Source: Octopus sinensis
Taxonomy: Eukaryota
Length of the DNA stretch: 64,000 bases
Reading direction: 5' to 3'
NCBI RefSeq assembly: GCF_006345805.1
Contig: NC_043001.1
Coordinates: forward strand, 55,738,001-55,802,000
The position numbers and the translations under genes are program-made. The notes under the pieces were generated by a model that was given only the letters and a program-made list of their open reading frames with translations, did no database searches and was not told the origin of the DNA. Positions 26,996-38,879 of this stretch are shown one piece after another. Within the stretch, counting starts at the first letter, position 1. Each line of letters begins with the position of its first letter.

Positions 26996-27491
26996 AAGTA
27001 GTGTGTGGCAGTAAGTCATTATGGCATGTAATGTAGGATTATTGACTCAAAGAATGTTAGACAAAATGCCTTATTAGGAAAGCGAATTGGCAGAATCTTT
27101 GAGCAAGACGGATGAAATGCTGCCAAGCATTTTATCCTCAGTGCAAATAATTCTGCCAGCTCATTGGCTTCACTTAACGTCTAATATCAATAAGGTATTT
27201 GCTGGTAAGGTAGTGATGATGTTGTTTAACTCCAGAAGAACTGATTAAACTGAGCTTATTTATGATCAAAGACATTTCAACCATGACCATCCAGTTTTTG
27301 TGGGAATATTTAGGACTTTAGGAGATTTGGCTGCTTTATCTAACAACTCTCATAAACTCAGTGATGATAGCAATGGTTGCAATACTTATTATTTAGCCCT
27401 GCAGTTAAGCCCTGATCAAGTAGGGCATCTGGTCATCACCATCTCAACTTTTTCCTATGCACAACAAACCCAAGACCACACTACCCTTTAA

Positions 27492-27697
27492 ACTTTTAGC
27501 ATTTAAACTGACCAGATCAGGCCCAAACATTCTATTTGTTTCATGCTCAAACTAGCTGGATCTGGCTTCTTACACCTACCCTGCAATATTTAATCTAAAA
27601 ATAAACAATCACATCATCAAAATCTCAAAATTAAAAGATAATGTATGATTAATTAAAAACAATGTGCTTCAATAAGAGTGATCTGAATGCTAAAAGA
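27492..27697 (+). mobile_element. piggyBac-like MITE family 1
   Basis: TTAA-bounded and homologous to 17763-17982. Confidence 0.7.
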
Positions 27698-28425
27698 TTA
27701 AGATAGAAGTGAGTAACTTGAGAGAGATTTGGCTGCTATTTCTTAGAAGTTAAGCAATCTCAGATAAATTACCTTGTTATCGCAGGTGATGATGATGATG
27801 GTTGTTGGAGATGGTGTCAGTCATGAAAGGAAAAAAAAAGGAGACTGCTACTTCTTTTTCCCCTAAAAACAGTAGTAGGATAGTAATGATGATGATGATG
27901 ATGACTGTTATAAGAATGACAATTGCAAAACTGCTGAATGTATTCGCAACATTAGCAACAAAACAACATAAACAACAACAATAACAAAGAACAATACCAA
28001 ATAATCTCAATGAAGATGGGGCGAGCGGTGGTGGTGGTGGTGGTGGTGGTGGTGGTAGAATCTCAATAGTTTTATATTTTTTTAGCTTCTTATTCATTAT
28101 CTAATTTTTTTTATATGTCATTTCTCTTATAAACAACCCTTATGGTAGGAAGCAGGATAAGATGTTACTCCACTCCCCCTTCTGTTACATATGAACACTA
28201 CACCCTATCCTCACCCACCCATTACTTCCAAAGAGACAAACGTACACACATCCAATCAATGGGTCTCCATCTCAACTCCCCTCTGATGGCTCTGCTAATG
28301 CAATTCATCTACATACAAAACACACACAAGCAGACAAATATTCACACACATACAGATAAACACACGCATGTAGACAAACGTTTACACACATGAAAGACAC
28401 ACATATATAAACCATCACAGAGAGA

Positions 28426-28488
<63 letters not shown>

Positions 28489-28686
28489 ACACACATACAT
28501 ACATACAGCAATGGGCTTAAAGTCACCACAGTTCTGCAAATGTAATACAAATTCACTGACATAGACGCATGTACACACATACACATATGTACATGCTCAC
28601 ACACAACATACACATATAAGCATACATACGAACAAACCTACAGACAAATTATACATAACTATACAGAAATAGGTTTCTAGACTTAC

Positions 28687-28697
28687 ATCAGTTAACC
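28687..28697 (-). other. Candidate 11-nt micro-exon (ggttaactgat)
   Basis: ctatttcattttcag acceptor and AT|gtaagt donor, 210 nt downstream of the 39-nt candidate. Confidence 0.3.
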
Positions 28698-28907
28698 CTG
28701 AAAATGAAATAGTTCATTACATATAAATATAGATTTCCGTTTCCTAAAACAAAGAAGCCGCTACATGGTTACTCAGCTGGCTAGAAATAGCAGCTACATT
28801 CCCTCAGCTAACATTCCCATGTTTTAAAATAAAGATTTGCTAATAAAAAACTGAATGGTCTTGACTAGAAGTTCATCGTTCATGTAGTTAAGCTATGAAA
28901 TTCTTAC

Positions 28908-28946
28908 ATTCTCTCAATGTCCTGTAATTCAGATGGCCTCATGGTC
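28908..28946 (-). CDS. Candidate 39-nt coding exon (TMRPSELQDIER), product unknown
   Basis: cctgtttttcattttgtctgctag acceptor and AT|gtaaga donor; only the phase 2-2 frame is open. Confidence 0.35.
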
Positions 28947-29379
28947 CTAGCAGACAAAATGAAAAACAGGACTGGCAAGAGAGTTGCACGGGAACAGTCA
29001 CTCTTATTCACAGGGGCTCACACTTAATCATTTCTGCTCCAATAGTGATGAGCAGTTCTACAGTTCAAGAACACCCGAGGTATTTTCACTGCCACAGTGA
29101 GCAGAATGCCTTGGAACAGAGGTTGTTTAATCAGTGGTGACCTACAACAAATCAGAAGTTTTCTTATTCCTTTTTATTCTTTTTTTTTTTTGAGTGTGTA
29201 TATGTTGTCATTGTTTTCTTCCAAGTCAACTCTGATTGAGCAGCCCTATCCTAAAAGACATACAGCTGTAGCCATTCCACCACTTTTCCCATGTGCAATG
29301 AACAAAGGGCCACATCAGCCAAAATGTTCTCTTGAGATGATATTATGTGAGTTAATCCATTGGCATTAAGATTATTCTA

Positions 29380-29575
29380 TCATCATCATCGTTTAGCATC
29401 TGTTTTCAATGCTGGCATGAGTTGGTCAGTTTGACAGAAGCTGGTCAGACTCCAATTGTCTGTTTTGGCATGATCTCTATTGCTGGATGCCCTTCCTAAT
29501 GTCAACTTCTTTACAGAATGCCCAGGGTACTTTTTATGTGGCACTGACAAGAGTGCATTTTACGTTGCACCACAC
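29380..29575 (-). mobile_element. Degenerate RTE-LINE 3' tail
   Basis: catcatcatcgtttagcatctgttttc...ggatgcccttcctaatg. Confidence 0.7.
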
Positions 29576-29580
29576 TTTAT

Positions 29581-30078
29581 TTTGAATTACTCATGTTTTA
29601 ACATGTAGCTTTTAGATTTCAATGACATAACTGTACGTTTAGAATGGCAATGTTGGGTAGGAGTGAGGGGCTGAATCTGGTCAGTTCGAACATAAATAAA
29701 ACATGGAGATTATTTGGGCTGAATATGGACGGTTTGAATGCTAAAGGGTTAAGGGAAATTTGGCCACCATATTTATTGTTGCGACCATCTCCTCTTTTAC
29801 CCATGTGGCTTGGACTCAGGATGCCATATTCTAATGTCAGCCCCTTTTTTCTAACCCTTTAGCATTCAGATTACTCTGTCAAATGTAATGCTTATCTATT
29901 TGCATTATTTTGAATTTATCATTTATTATCTCATAGCTTTGAGATTTTGACAATGTGATTGTGTATTTTTAGTATGACATTGTAAGGTAAGTGTGAGAGG
30001 CCAGATCTGGCTGGTCTGAACATGAAACAGGGAGAATATTTGGGTATACTGGATATGGTTGGTTTAAATGCCTCAGGT
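29581..30078 (-). mobile_element. Two piggyBac-like MITE family 1 copies (29581-29748 partial; 29855-30078)
   Basis: aatgctaaagggttaa at 29738-52; ccctttagcattcagattactc at 29855. Confidence 0.75.
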
Positions 30079-30174
30079 TTAAGAAAGCAGAAGGTTAGCT
30101 GAACAAGATTTGAGTGCCATTTCTAGCAGGTCAATCAACCACAAAGAGGCTCCCCATTAACACGATTACATAGG

Positions 30175-30570
30175 TACAGGTGTGACTATGTGGCAAGAAG
30201 CTTGCTTCCTAACCATATCGTTCCGGGTTCAGTCCCACTGCATGGCACCTTGGGCAAGTGTCTTCTTCCATAGCCTTGGTCTGACCAAAGCTTTGTGAAT
30301 GGATTTGGTAGACAGTAGCTAAGAGAACCCTGTCCTATATATGTGTGTGTGTGTCTTTTTGTATGTGTTTACCCCCACCCCCACCACCACTTGACAACCA
30401 GTGTTGATGTGTTTACACCCCTGTAACTAACTTAGCAGTTCATCAAGAGAAACCGATAGACTAAGTACTAGGTTAAAAAAAAAGTCTTGGGGTTAATTTG
30501 TTTGACCTAAACCCTTCAAGGTGGTACCCCAGCATGGCCACAGTCAAAGGACAGAAAGATGCAAAACAAA
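30175..30570 (+). mobile_element. SINE family A, full length
   Basis: Head, internal (TG)n and tail all present. Confidence 0.88.
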
Positions 30571-31760
30571 AACTAAGAGATATCATGTATGCTGGAGTAG
30601 ATGAATGCAATTGTCAGAACCAGAATACACCTCACCACAAATGGTTTGAATGAAATCTGCCATGCACACCCACCACCTAAGAAACCCCACACCCCTCTAT
30701 TTATGTGACCCCCAACACCCACTGCTATGATCCTTGTACATTCTAGATCACACCGTACCTCATCCCACACATTTACCAAACTTTATCTCTCACTACGATT
30801 AATATATTCACATTTATTTACCTAGGTTCGCAGCTTAATACAATTTCTTGTAAAATGCATGCGTATATGTGTGTGCATTTACAATATAAATATCTCTTGC
30901 TCTCTCTTTCTCTCATATATATATATATATATATCTACAATCTACATATGCTTGCATATATGCACACATGCACACTCGTATACCATTAGTTTAAGATTGA
31001 ATAAAAACCTGTATCATGAATATGTAAATAAATGTATATTTATTTGAACGTGTGCGTATATGCAAACACACACACACACACACATTCATACATACATTCA
31101 CATGTTCATGTTATGGCCCTTTATTCAGTTTCAAAACTAATTTCTGAGCTTCTCATAACTACCTTTTCACTTCATCTTTTTCTTTCTTTCTTTCCTTGCT
31201 CTCCACCTCCATACCTCTCTATTTTTCTTCTTTCTCTCCATCTCTCTGCAATCTCTCCTTCCCCGTCTTCACTTTCCTAACTCTCCTTCCTCTAAGCTTT
31301 CACTACCATAACAGTAAACTGTGAAAATCCTGTTATGCTTCCTTAGTAAGGATCAGCTTATCCGGTGTCGAATGCAGCTTGGTTTTAACATCCATTTTGG
31401 CATGCAGACAATTTCAATGATGCCAAGAGGCATTCAGTTCTCAACCGCTTGCCAAATTCTCTCAATGGTTCATGAAAACAAACATACCTCCTACACACAT
31501 ACAGTTATACATTGTTCATGATTGTGTGTGCATCATTGTGTATGTGTGTGTATATATATATAAATATATATGCATGTATGTATGTATATATAGAGTGTAT
31601 GTACATGTGTGAGTATGCAATATACATGAGTATGTGTGAGAGTTAATGAATAAAGTGTATGGTGATTGTAAGATAGCAAGCATATTTATTTACTTGTTTG
31701 CATTGAACCAATGAGAAGGCCTCTATGCTAAACATAGTAGCTAAATTTCACCCGAAACCA

Positions 31761-32090
31761 CAAACTTACATATAAAAGAAAATATACATTGTCCAAAGTA
31801 TAATCGGACGGTCACAGCTGGAATGTCTTGAATTAGGTTTTCTTGACAATAACCGTGCATGTGTGCATGCATGCATTAATGCATGCACATATATCTATCT
31901 ATTGTCCTCATTTTACATCCACTTTCAAACTTACATCTAAAAGGAAGATTACATTGTCCAATGTATAACCAGACAGTCACAGCTGGAATGTCTTGAATTA
32001 GATTTTCTTAATAATAACTCTGGATATGTGCGCATATATGCATTTATTTATGCGCATATATCTATCTATTGTAATCATTTTTACATTTGC
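31761..32090. repeat. Diverged 165-bp tandem duplication
   Basis: caaacttacat at 31761 and 31926; gtcacagctggaatgtcttgaattag identical in both units. Confidence 0.85.
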
Positions 32091-32369
32091 GTTCCAGAAT
32101 AAGCTGGCTCAGTTAATACAGGCTTATTTGAAGTTCCTTCCCCAAAAGAAGAGTTGGAGGACCAAGTATAGCTCATACATTCCATTGTAAGATGGATTCT
32201 TTAGCCAGATGCCCTTTCTAAATTTATTCATTTTACAGATGGTAGCAGATGCACTTTATTGAGGTATTAACACAAGGCAGGTTGTCGTGTGCAAGCATAC
32301 ATATGTGGATGTATGTGTGTATGCATACATACACATAACACATACATATACATATATATACATACATGT

Positions 32370-32675
32370 GGAGGTGCAATGGTCCAGTGGTTAGGGCAGC
32401 AGACTCGCGGTCGTAGGATCGCAGTTTTGATTCCCAGAGCAGGCGTTGTGAGAGTTTATTGAACAAAAACACCCAAAGCTCCACGAGGCTCTGCCAGGGG
32501 CTGCTGGCGATCCCTGCTGTACTCTTTCGCCACAACTTTCTCTGACTCTTTCTTCTGTTGGCCTGCTCGCTTAGCCAGCGGGGTGGCGTCATTTGAAGGC
32601 TAAAACAATGTGAAGCGCATTGTGACCAGTGATGTGTAGCAACATCTGATAGCCTGGTCGGTTACGTGATCCCAT
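32370..32675 (+). mobile_element. tRNA-derived SINE family E, copy 2
   Basis: Colinear with 13547-13842 but with more CpG loss. Confidence 0.9.
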
Positions 32676-32904
32676 GATATATACATACATACACATATGT
32701 ACATAGATACACATGTACTTACATAAATGCATACATGTGTATACATATATATATATATACACACACACAAATTTAACATCACCTGTGTAATAACCTTATA
32801 ATGCACATTCCTAAGCTCCTCCATGGGTATTGGCTATCACATGCTATCATATAGCAAGAATACTCCTTTTACTGAATATACAAGAGGAAATTCATTAATA
32901 TCCT

Positions 32905-33435
32905 TTTATTCTTTTACTTGTTTCAGTCATTTGCTGGACCAGGGCTTTGAAAGGTTTTAGTTGAACAAATCGACCCTAGGACTTATTCTATTGGTCTCTT
33001 CCGCTGAACTGCTAAGTTAAAGGGGTGTAAACACACCAACACTAGTTTTCAAGTGGTGATGTGGGTGGTGGGGGACAAACAGATACAAAGACAAGTGTGG
33101 CTGTGTGGTAAGAAGCTTGCTTCCCAACATGTTTCTGGGTTCAATTCCATGGTGTGACACATGTCTTCTACTTGGGCTAACAAAAGCCTTTGGCCAACCA
33201 AAGTCTTGTGAATGGATTTGAGAGACAGAAACTGAAAGAAGCCTGTTGTGTATATATTTGCATGTTTGTGCCTCCACCATTGTTTGACAACCAATGTTGG
33301 TGTGTTTATGTTTCCATAACTTAGCAGTTCGGCAAAGGACATCAATAGAATAAGTACCAGGCTTACAAAGAATAAGTCCAGGGATCGATTTCTTTAACGA
33401 AAAGGCAGTGCTCCAGCATGGCCACAGTCAAAATG
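32905..33435. mobile_element. Cluster of SINE family A pieces (minus-strand tail, then plus-strand head and tail)
   Basis: Tail (-) 32905-33070; head (+) 33095-33250; tail (+) 33270-33435. Confidence 0.75.
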
Positions 33436-33449
33436 GCTTGGGATAAAAA

Positions 33450-33760
33450 TTGGCCTTTCTTATCTTGTATGAGGAATACCGAATGTCTTCATGCACTACC
33501 TGCCTGATAAGAAACTCAGACACTCCCATGTCGCAGGTGATGGACCTGATTGACTTGGAGGGATCATAGTCAATCATGGCCTGGATCTCACCAACAAACA
33601 CAGGAGTTCTCTTCTAATCAGAACAATCAGAGTGAGTTTTCCGAGCTGCTTCATAATTATCCAACTCTTTCCGAATATATATGCACATGTGAAGTTTACT
33701 TCCTGCAGTGCACTGGATAAAGTGCCAAGCTGCATACAGTTATGTTTGTTGACATTTCCC
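33450..33760 (-). pseudogene. maT/DD37D-like mariner transposase N-terminal (HTH) remnant
   Basis: IRKELDNYEAARKTHSDCSD*KRTPVFVGEIQAMIDYDPSKSIRSITCDMGVSEFLIRQVVHEDIRYSSYKIR. Confidence 0.75.
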
Positions 33761-34677
33761 TATCAACAAATCACTTGCCAGAACAATGCTTTCAAAAAAA
33801 TATCCTTAAACTTATAAACAGGCAAAGATGTTGTGAAAGAAAGGGCATCTGGCTGTACAAACAATGCCTCAATAACAAAAATTTGTCTAACCCAGTGGGT
33901 CTCAATATAAGATTTTGGAAAGTCCACAAAACAAAATAGTAAATTGGGGATTCACAATAATATTCTAAGAGCCCCTGAAAAAATTTGCTTTAGATGTATG
34001 TATTGCAAGAAACAGGTTTTTTTTTCTCTAACATTTTATATAGTTCAACCTACACAAGTTAATGAGTGAAAAACAAATCAGCCCTTCAATGTTTAAAATC
34101 TGCAAACAAAATGCACAAAAATGCTACATGTTTGCATTATGTTATATATACAACAATAATAAAGTACATTACCATATACATTTTTACAAACGAAAGATGT
34201 TATATAGACCTCCTTGACTCAAGTTAGAGAAGGGGTGTGAATTATACACAAGCTTTAGGTTTTTCAGAGGTACAGTTTTATAGAAACTTCTTTCAAAATT
34301 CCCATGGCGGTCCACCAGAATAAAAATAGTAATCAAAGGGCTCCATAAGTAAAAAATGGTAGAGAACTCTTGGTCTGACCCATGCTAGCATGGAAAAAAA
34401 AGATCTAACAGCAAACATCTTACACATACACCCATGCACACACACACACAAACTCAATAACTAAATACTTGATGCAACATTTAATATCTGATGAAGCTTA
34501 TCTAACAACAGGCATCACTATTTTATCGTGTATAAAATTTCAACATTGATACCCTACTTGGGCTTTGAGTTACAGCCAAACAAACTTTATTATTATTCTA
34601 AGACCATTTAAGTCCCTTCTTAAATACTTAAATACTCTTCCATCATTGCTTCTTCACCCATGTATGTATATATTCAG

Positions 34678-34717
<40 letters not shown>

Positions 34718-35029
34718 TATATATGTATATATATACATACACATACATTCTCATACAAGTATATACAGGCAACATTCACACGTCTCTTAACGTTCACACA
34801 CACATATGTTAGATTCTCACATATGTGAGTTGGGAACCTTCAATCAACTGAGATTATAAGTAGAAGAAAACTCCAAGGTAAGTTGAAAATCTATAACCCA
34901 GAAGCAAAGAAAGGTAACTCTAAAAAAATCAGTTGACTGAAATTTTTGGACAATTTAGACATTTGAAGTGCATCAGTTCTTATATGCAACAAATGAAAGT
35001 AATAGTGTTTACATTATATCTATATCTAG

Positions 35030-35190
35030 GTGTAGGTATGGCTGTATGGTAAGAAGTTTGCTTCTCAGCTACATGGTTCTGGGTTCAGTCCCACTGTATG
35101 GAATACTTGGCAAATGTCTTCTACTATAGCCCCAGGCTGTCAAAGCCTTTTAAGTGGATTTGGAAAATGGAAACTGAAAGAAGACTATAA
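35030..35190 (+). mobile_element. SINE family A, head only
   Basis: Ends at gaaactgaaagaagac followed by (TA)n. Confidence 0.8.
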
Positions 35191-35203
35191 TATATACATA
35201 CAT

Positions 35204-35689
35204 ATGATGATGGCTGCCCCCTCATTACAAGTATGGCCATTGCACGAAGCTTAACTGTTATTGGTGCTGTGATTGAATGTGACTTTTTAGCCCAGCTAAA
35301 GATCTACAATGTCTTGTACAGAATTGGCAACTAAAACCTTTACCGGTAATAGCCAGCTGTAGTTGTAATTGGGCTTCATGTACCTTTGCATGTCGTTTAA
35401 GTCCTCCTGCCGAATTACACTCTCTTCCACATGCCCGACAGATATGATTAGTAATGTGTGTTACACCACCACCAGTGGCCAGGTTGTCACTCATCTGTCT
35501 CACTTTATGACTATGAAGATGACCCTTGAGTCCAGCTTTACTGAGGCAGGGTCTTGCACAGACACTGCATGTCAGCATCATAGGAAGTCCCTTCCCATCT
35601 GGAAGTGTAACAGCAATGCCCTTCCTGACATCCCTCCTTACTTTTTCATGTGCAACTCGAGATTTCTCAAAAGTAGCTGTCCCCTCGTG

Positions 35690-35692
<3 letters not shown>
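35204..35692 (-). mobile_element. 3' end of a BovB-like RTE LINE
   Basis: ORF end, short 3'UTR and ggcagccatcatcat tail; the 5' side abuts (TA)n. Confidence 0.75.
35258..35692 (-). CDS. RTE ORF C-terminus with three C2H2 zinc fingers (truncated, element-derived)
   Basis: EGTATFEKSRVAHEKVRRDVRK, then CSVCARPCLSKAGLKGHLHSH, CRACGRECNSAGGLKRHAKVH and CQFCTRHCRSLAGLKSHIQSQH; no stops over 144 codons. Confidence 0.75.
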
Positions 35693-35753
<61 letters not shown>

Positions 35754-35799
35754 TACATACATGCATGCACACTTACATACATACATGTGATGTGTGTTG

Positions 35800-36010
35800 A
35801 CTCGTGACTGAGGAAGACCATTGCTGACCTTCAGGAACATTGTGCGCTCTACGACTAACTTATATCTTGCATTTGCAGCCCCATTGGTGGCTAATGAGCC
35901 TTGCTCAACAAGCATACATGACTGCAAACATTGCAAACCAAGCTTTCCCCATTCACTACACCAGCAGTACACTTTCAAGCAGCACACTTAAATTCTTCAT
36001 GCAGAATACA
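35800..36010 (-). pseudogene. Second, degenerate RTE 3' end with one zinc-finger remnant
   Basis: GESLVCNVCSHVCLLSKA then gcaatggtcttcctcagtcacgag, similar to the 3'UTR at 35220-35257. Confidence 0.5.
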
Positions 36011-36104
36011 TGCTCTCTCAAAATATATACATACATATATATATATATATAAAGATACATACATACTTATACATACATATATACATATACTTACACGCAT
36101 ATAT

Positions 36105-38815
36105 CATCATCATCATCATTTAACGTCCGCTTTCCATGCTAGCATGGGTTGGACGGTTCAACTGGGGTCTGGGGAGCCCGAAAGCTGCACCAGTCCAGTC
36201 AGATCTGGCAGTGTTTCTACAGCTGGATGCCCTTCCTAACGCCAACCACTCCGAGAGTGTAGTGGGTGATTTTATGTGCCACCGACACAGGTGCCAGACG
36301 AGGCTGACAAACGGCCACGCTCGGATGGTGTTTTTTATGTGCCACCAACACAGGTGCCAGACGAGGCTGGCAGACGGCCACGCTCGGATGGTGTTTTTTA
36401 TGTGCCACCGACACAGGTGCCAGACGAGGCTGGCAGACGGCCACGCTCGGATGGTGTTTTTATTGTGCCACCGACACAGGTGCCAGACGAGGCTGGCAGA
36501 CGGCCACGCTCGGATGGTGTTTTTATGTGCCACCGACACAGGTGCCAGATGAGGCTGGCAAACGGCCACGATCGGATGGTGCTTGTTACGTGCCCACAGC
36601 ACGGAGGCCAGTCGATGCGGTACTGGCTACGGCCACGTTCGGATGGTTTTCTTATATGTCACGTGCCACCGGCACTGGTACCACAAAGATACAAATTCAT
36701 TGATGTTCATCTATTTTGATTTGTTTTGATTTGATTTGATTTGATTTTCACTTGCCTCAACAGGTCTTCACAAGTGTCACAAGAAGGAAGGTATGCACAG
36801 GTGGACTGACTACGTCCCAGGTAGGGGCCATGGGTTATGGCCTGACTAGTCTTGCCGGGTCTTCGGATGGTGTTTTTATGTGCCACCGACACAGGTGCTA
36901 GATGAGGCTGGCGAACGGCCTCGATCGGATGGTGTTTGTCATGTGCCCACCGCACTGACTACGGCACTGATGGATTTCTTGTGTGCCACAGGCACTGGTA
37001 CCACAAGATACAAATTCCATTGATGTTCATCTATTTTGTCTATTTTGATTTGATTTGATTTGATTTTCACTTGCCTCAACCGGTCTTCACAAGTGTCACA
37101 AGAAGGAAGGAAGGTATGCACAGGTGGACTGACTAGTCTTGCCGGGTCTTCGGAAGGTGTTTTTTATGTGCCACCGACACAGGTGCCAGATGAGGCTGGC
37201 GAACGGCCATGATCGGATGGTGTTTGTTACGTGCCCACAGCACGGAGGCCGGTCGATGCGGAACTCGCTACGGCCACGTTCGGATGGTTCTCATGTGTGC
37301 CACCGGCACTGGTACCACAAAGTGTGTGCCAACGGCACTGGATGGTTCTCATGTGTGCACCGGCACTGGTACCACAAAGTGTGTGCCACCGGCACTGGTA
37401 CCACAAAGATACAGATTCCATTGATGTCATCTATTTTGATTTGTTTTGATTTGATTTTCACTTGCCTCAACAGGTCTTCACAAGTGTCACAAGAAGGAAG
37501 GTATGCACAGGTGGACTGACTACGTCCCAGGTAGGGGCCATGGGTTATGGCCTGACTAGTCTTGCCGGGTCTTCGGATGGTGTTTTTATGTGCCACCGAC
37601 ACAGGTGCTAGATGAGGCTGGCGAACGGCCACGATCGGATGGTGTTTGTCATGTGCCCACAGAACGGAGGCCAGTCGATGCGGTACTGGCTACGGCCACT
37701 TTCGGATGGTTTTCTCTGTGTGCCACCGGCACTGGTACCACAAAGATACAAATTCCATTGATGTTCATCTATTTTGATTGTTTTGATTTGATTTTGATTT
37801 TGATTTTGATTTTCACTTGCCTCAACAGGCCTTGATTTTCACTTGCCTCAACAGGCCTTCACAAGTATCACAAGGAGGAAGGTATGCACAGGTGAACTGA
37901 CTACGTCCCAGGTAGGGGCCATGGTTTATGGCCTGACTAGTCTTGCCGGGTCTTCGGAAGGTGTTTTATGTGCCACCGACACAGGTGCTAGATGAGGCTG
38001 GCGAACGGCCACGACCGGATGGTGTTTGTTATGAGCCCACAGCACGATGGCCAGTGATGCGGTACTGACTACGGCCACGTTCGGATGGATTCTTGTGTGC
38101 CACCGGCACTGGTACCACAAGCGGTACTGACTACGGCCACGTTCGGATGGATTCTTGTGTGCCACCGGCACTGGTACCACAAGCGGTACTGACTACGGCC
38201 ACGTTCGGATGGATTCTTGTGTGCCACTGGCACTGGTACCACAAGGATACAAATTCCATTGATGTTCATCTATTTTGATTTGTTTTGATTTGATTTGATT
38301 TTCACTTGCCTCAGCAGGTCTTCACAAGTCGGAAGGTATGTACAGGTGGACTGACTACGTCCCAGGTAGGGCCCATGGGTTATGACCTGACTAGTCTTGC
38401 CGGGTCTTCGGATGGTGTTTTTATGTGCCACCATGTTCCCACAGCACGGAGGCCAGTCGATGCGGTACTGGCTACGGCCACGTTCGGATGGTTTTCTTGT
38501 GTGCCACAGGCACTGGTACCACAAAGATACAAATTCCATTGATGTTCATCTATTTTGATTGATTTTCACTTGCCTCAGCAGGTCTTCACAAGTGTCACAA
38601 GAAGGAAGGTATGCACAGGTGGATCGACTACGTCCAGGTAGGGCCACGGGATATGGCCTGACTAGTCCTGCCGGGTCCTCTCATGCACAGCACACTTCCA
38701 TAGGACTCGGTCTTCAGTCATTCCTTAGTGAGACCTAAAGTTCGAAGGTCGTGCTTCACCACCTCGTCCCAGGTTTTCCTGGGTCTACCTCTTCCACAGG
38801 TTCCCTCAACTGCTA
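36105..38815 (-). mobile_element. 5'-truncated RTE LINE (same family as 6300) with an internal tandem array
   Basis: 3' end nearly identical to 6300-6480; five 62-63 bp UTR repeats; six copies of the ORF2-stop/UTR block; ORF2 resumes at 38680-38815 (LAVEGTCGRGRPRKTWDEVVKHDLRTLGL). Confidence 0.93.
36520..38680. repeat. LINE-derived tandem array, 6 units of about 270-455 bp
   Basis: Junction gtcttgccgggtcttc|gga(t/a)ggtg at 36864, 37151, 37574, 37955 and 38409. Confidence 0.95.
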
Positions 38816-38816
38816 G

Positions 38817-38853
<37 letters not shown>

Positions 38854-38879
38854 TATACATATATATATACAAATATATG

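Noticed and set aside
27777-28097. Poly-Pro/poly-His ORF
   Set aside because: Derived from (GGT)n, (GAT)n and (CAA)n triplet repeats; the splice-bounded frames contain stops.
35258-35821. Host C2H2 transcription-factor gene
   Set aside because: The frame upstream is microsatellite, the preceding helix is RTE-like, an RTE tail follows the stop, and there are no TGEKP linkers.
36120-36719. Repetitive Cys/His-rich ORFs (CHRHRCQTRLADGHARMVFFM)n as a protein gene
   Set aside because: They are translations of the 62-63 bp UTR modules; frames shift with poly-T length between units.
36270-38680. CRISPR-like array
   Set aside because: Repeats are contiguous with no unique spacers, match a LINE 3'UTR, and lie in eukaryotic DNA with no cas genes.
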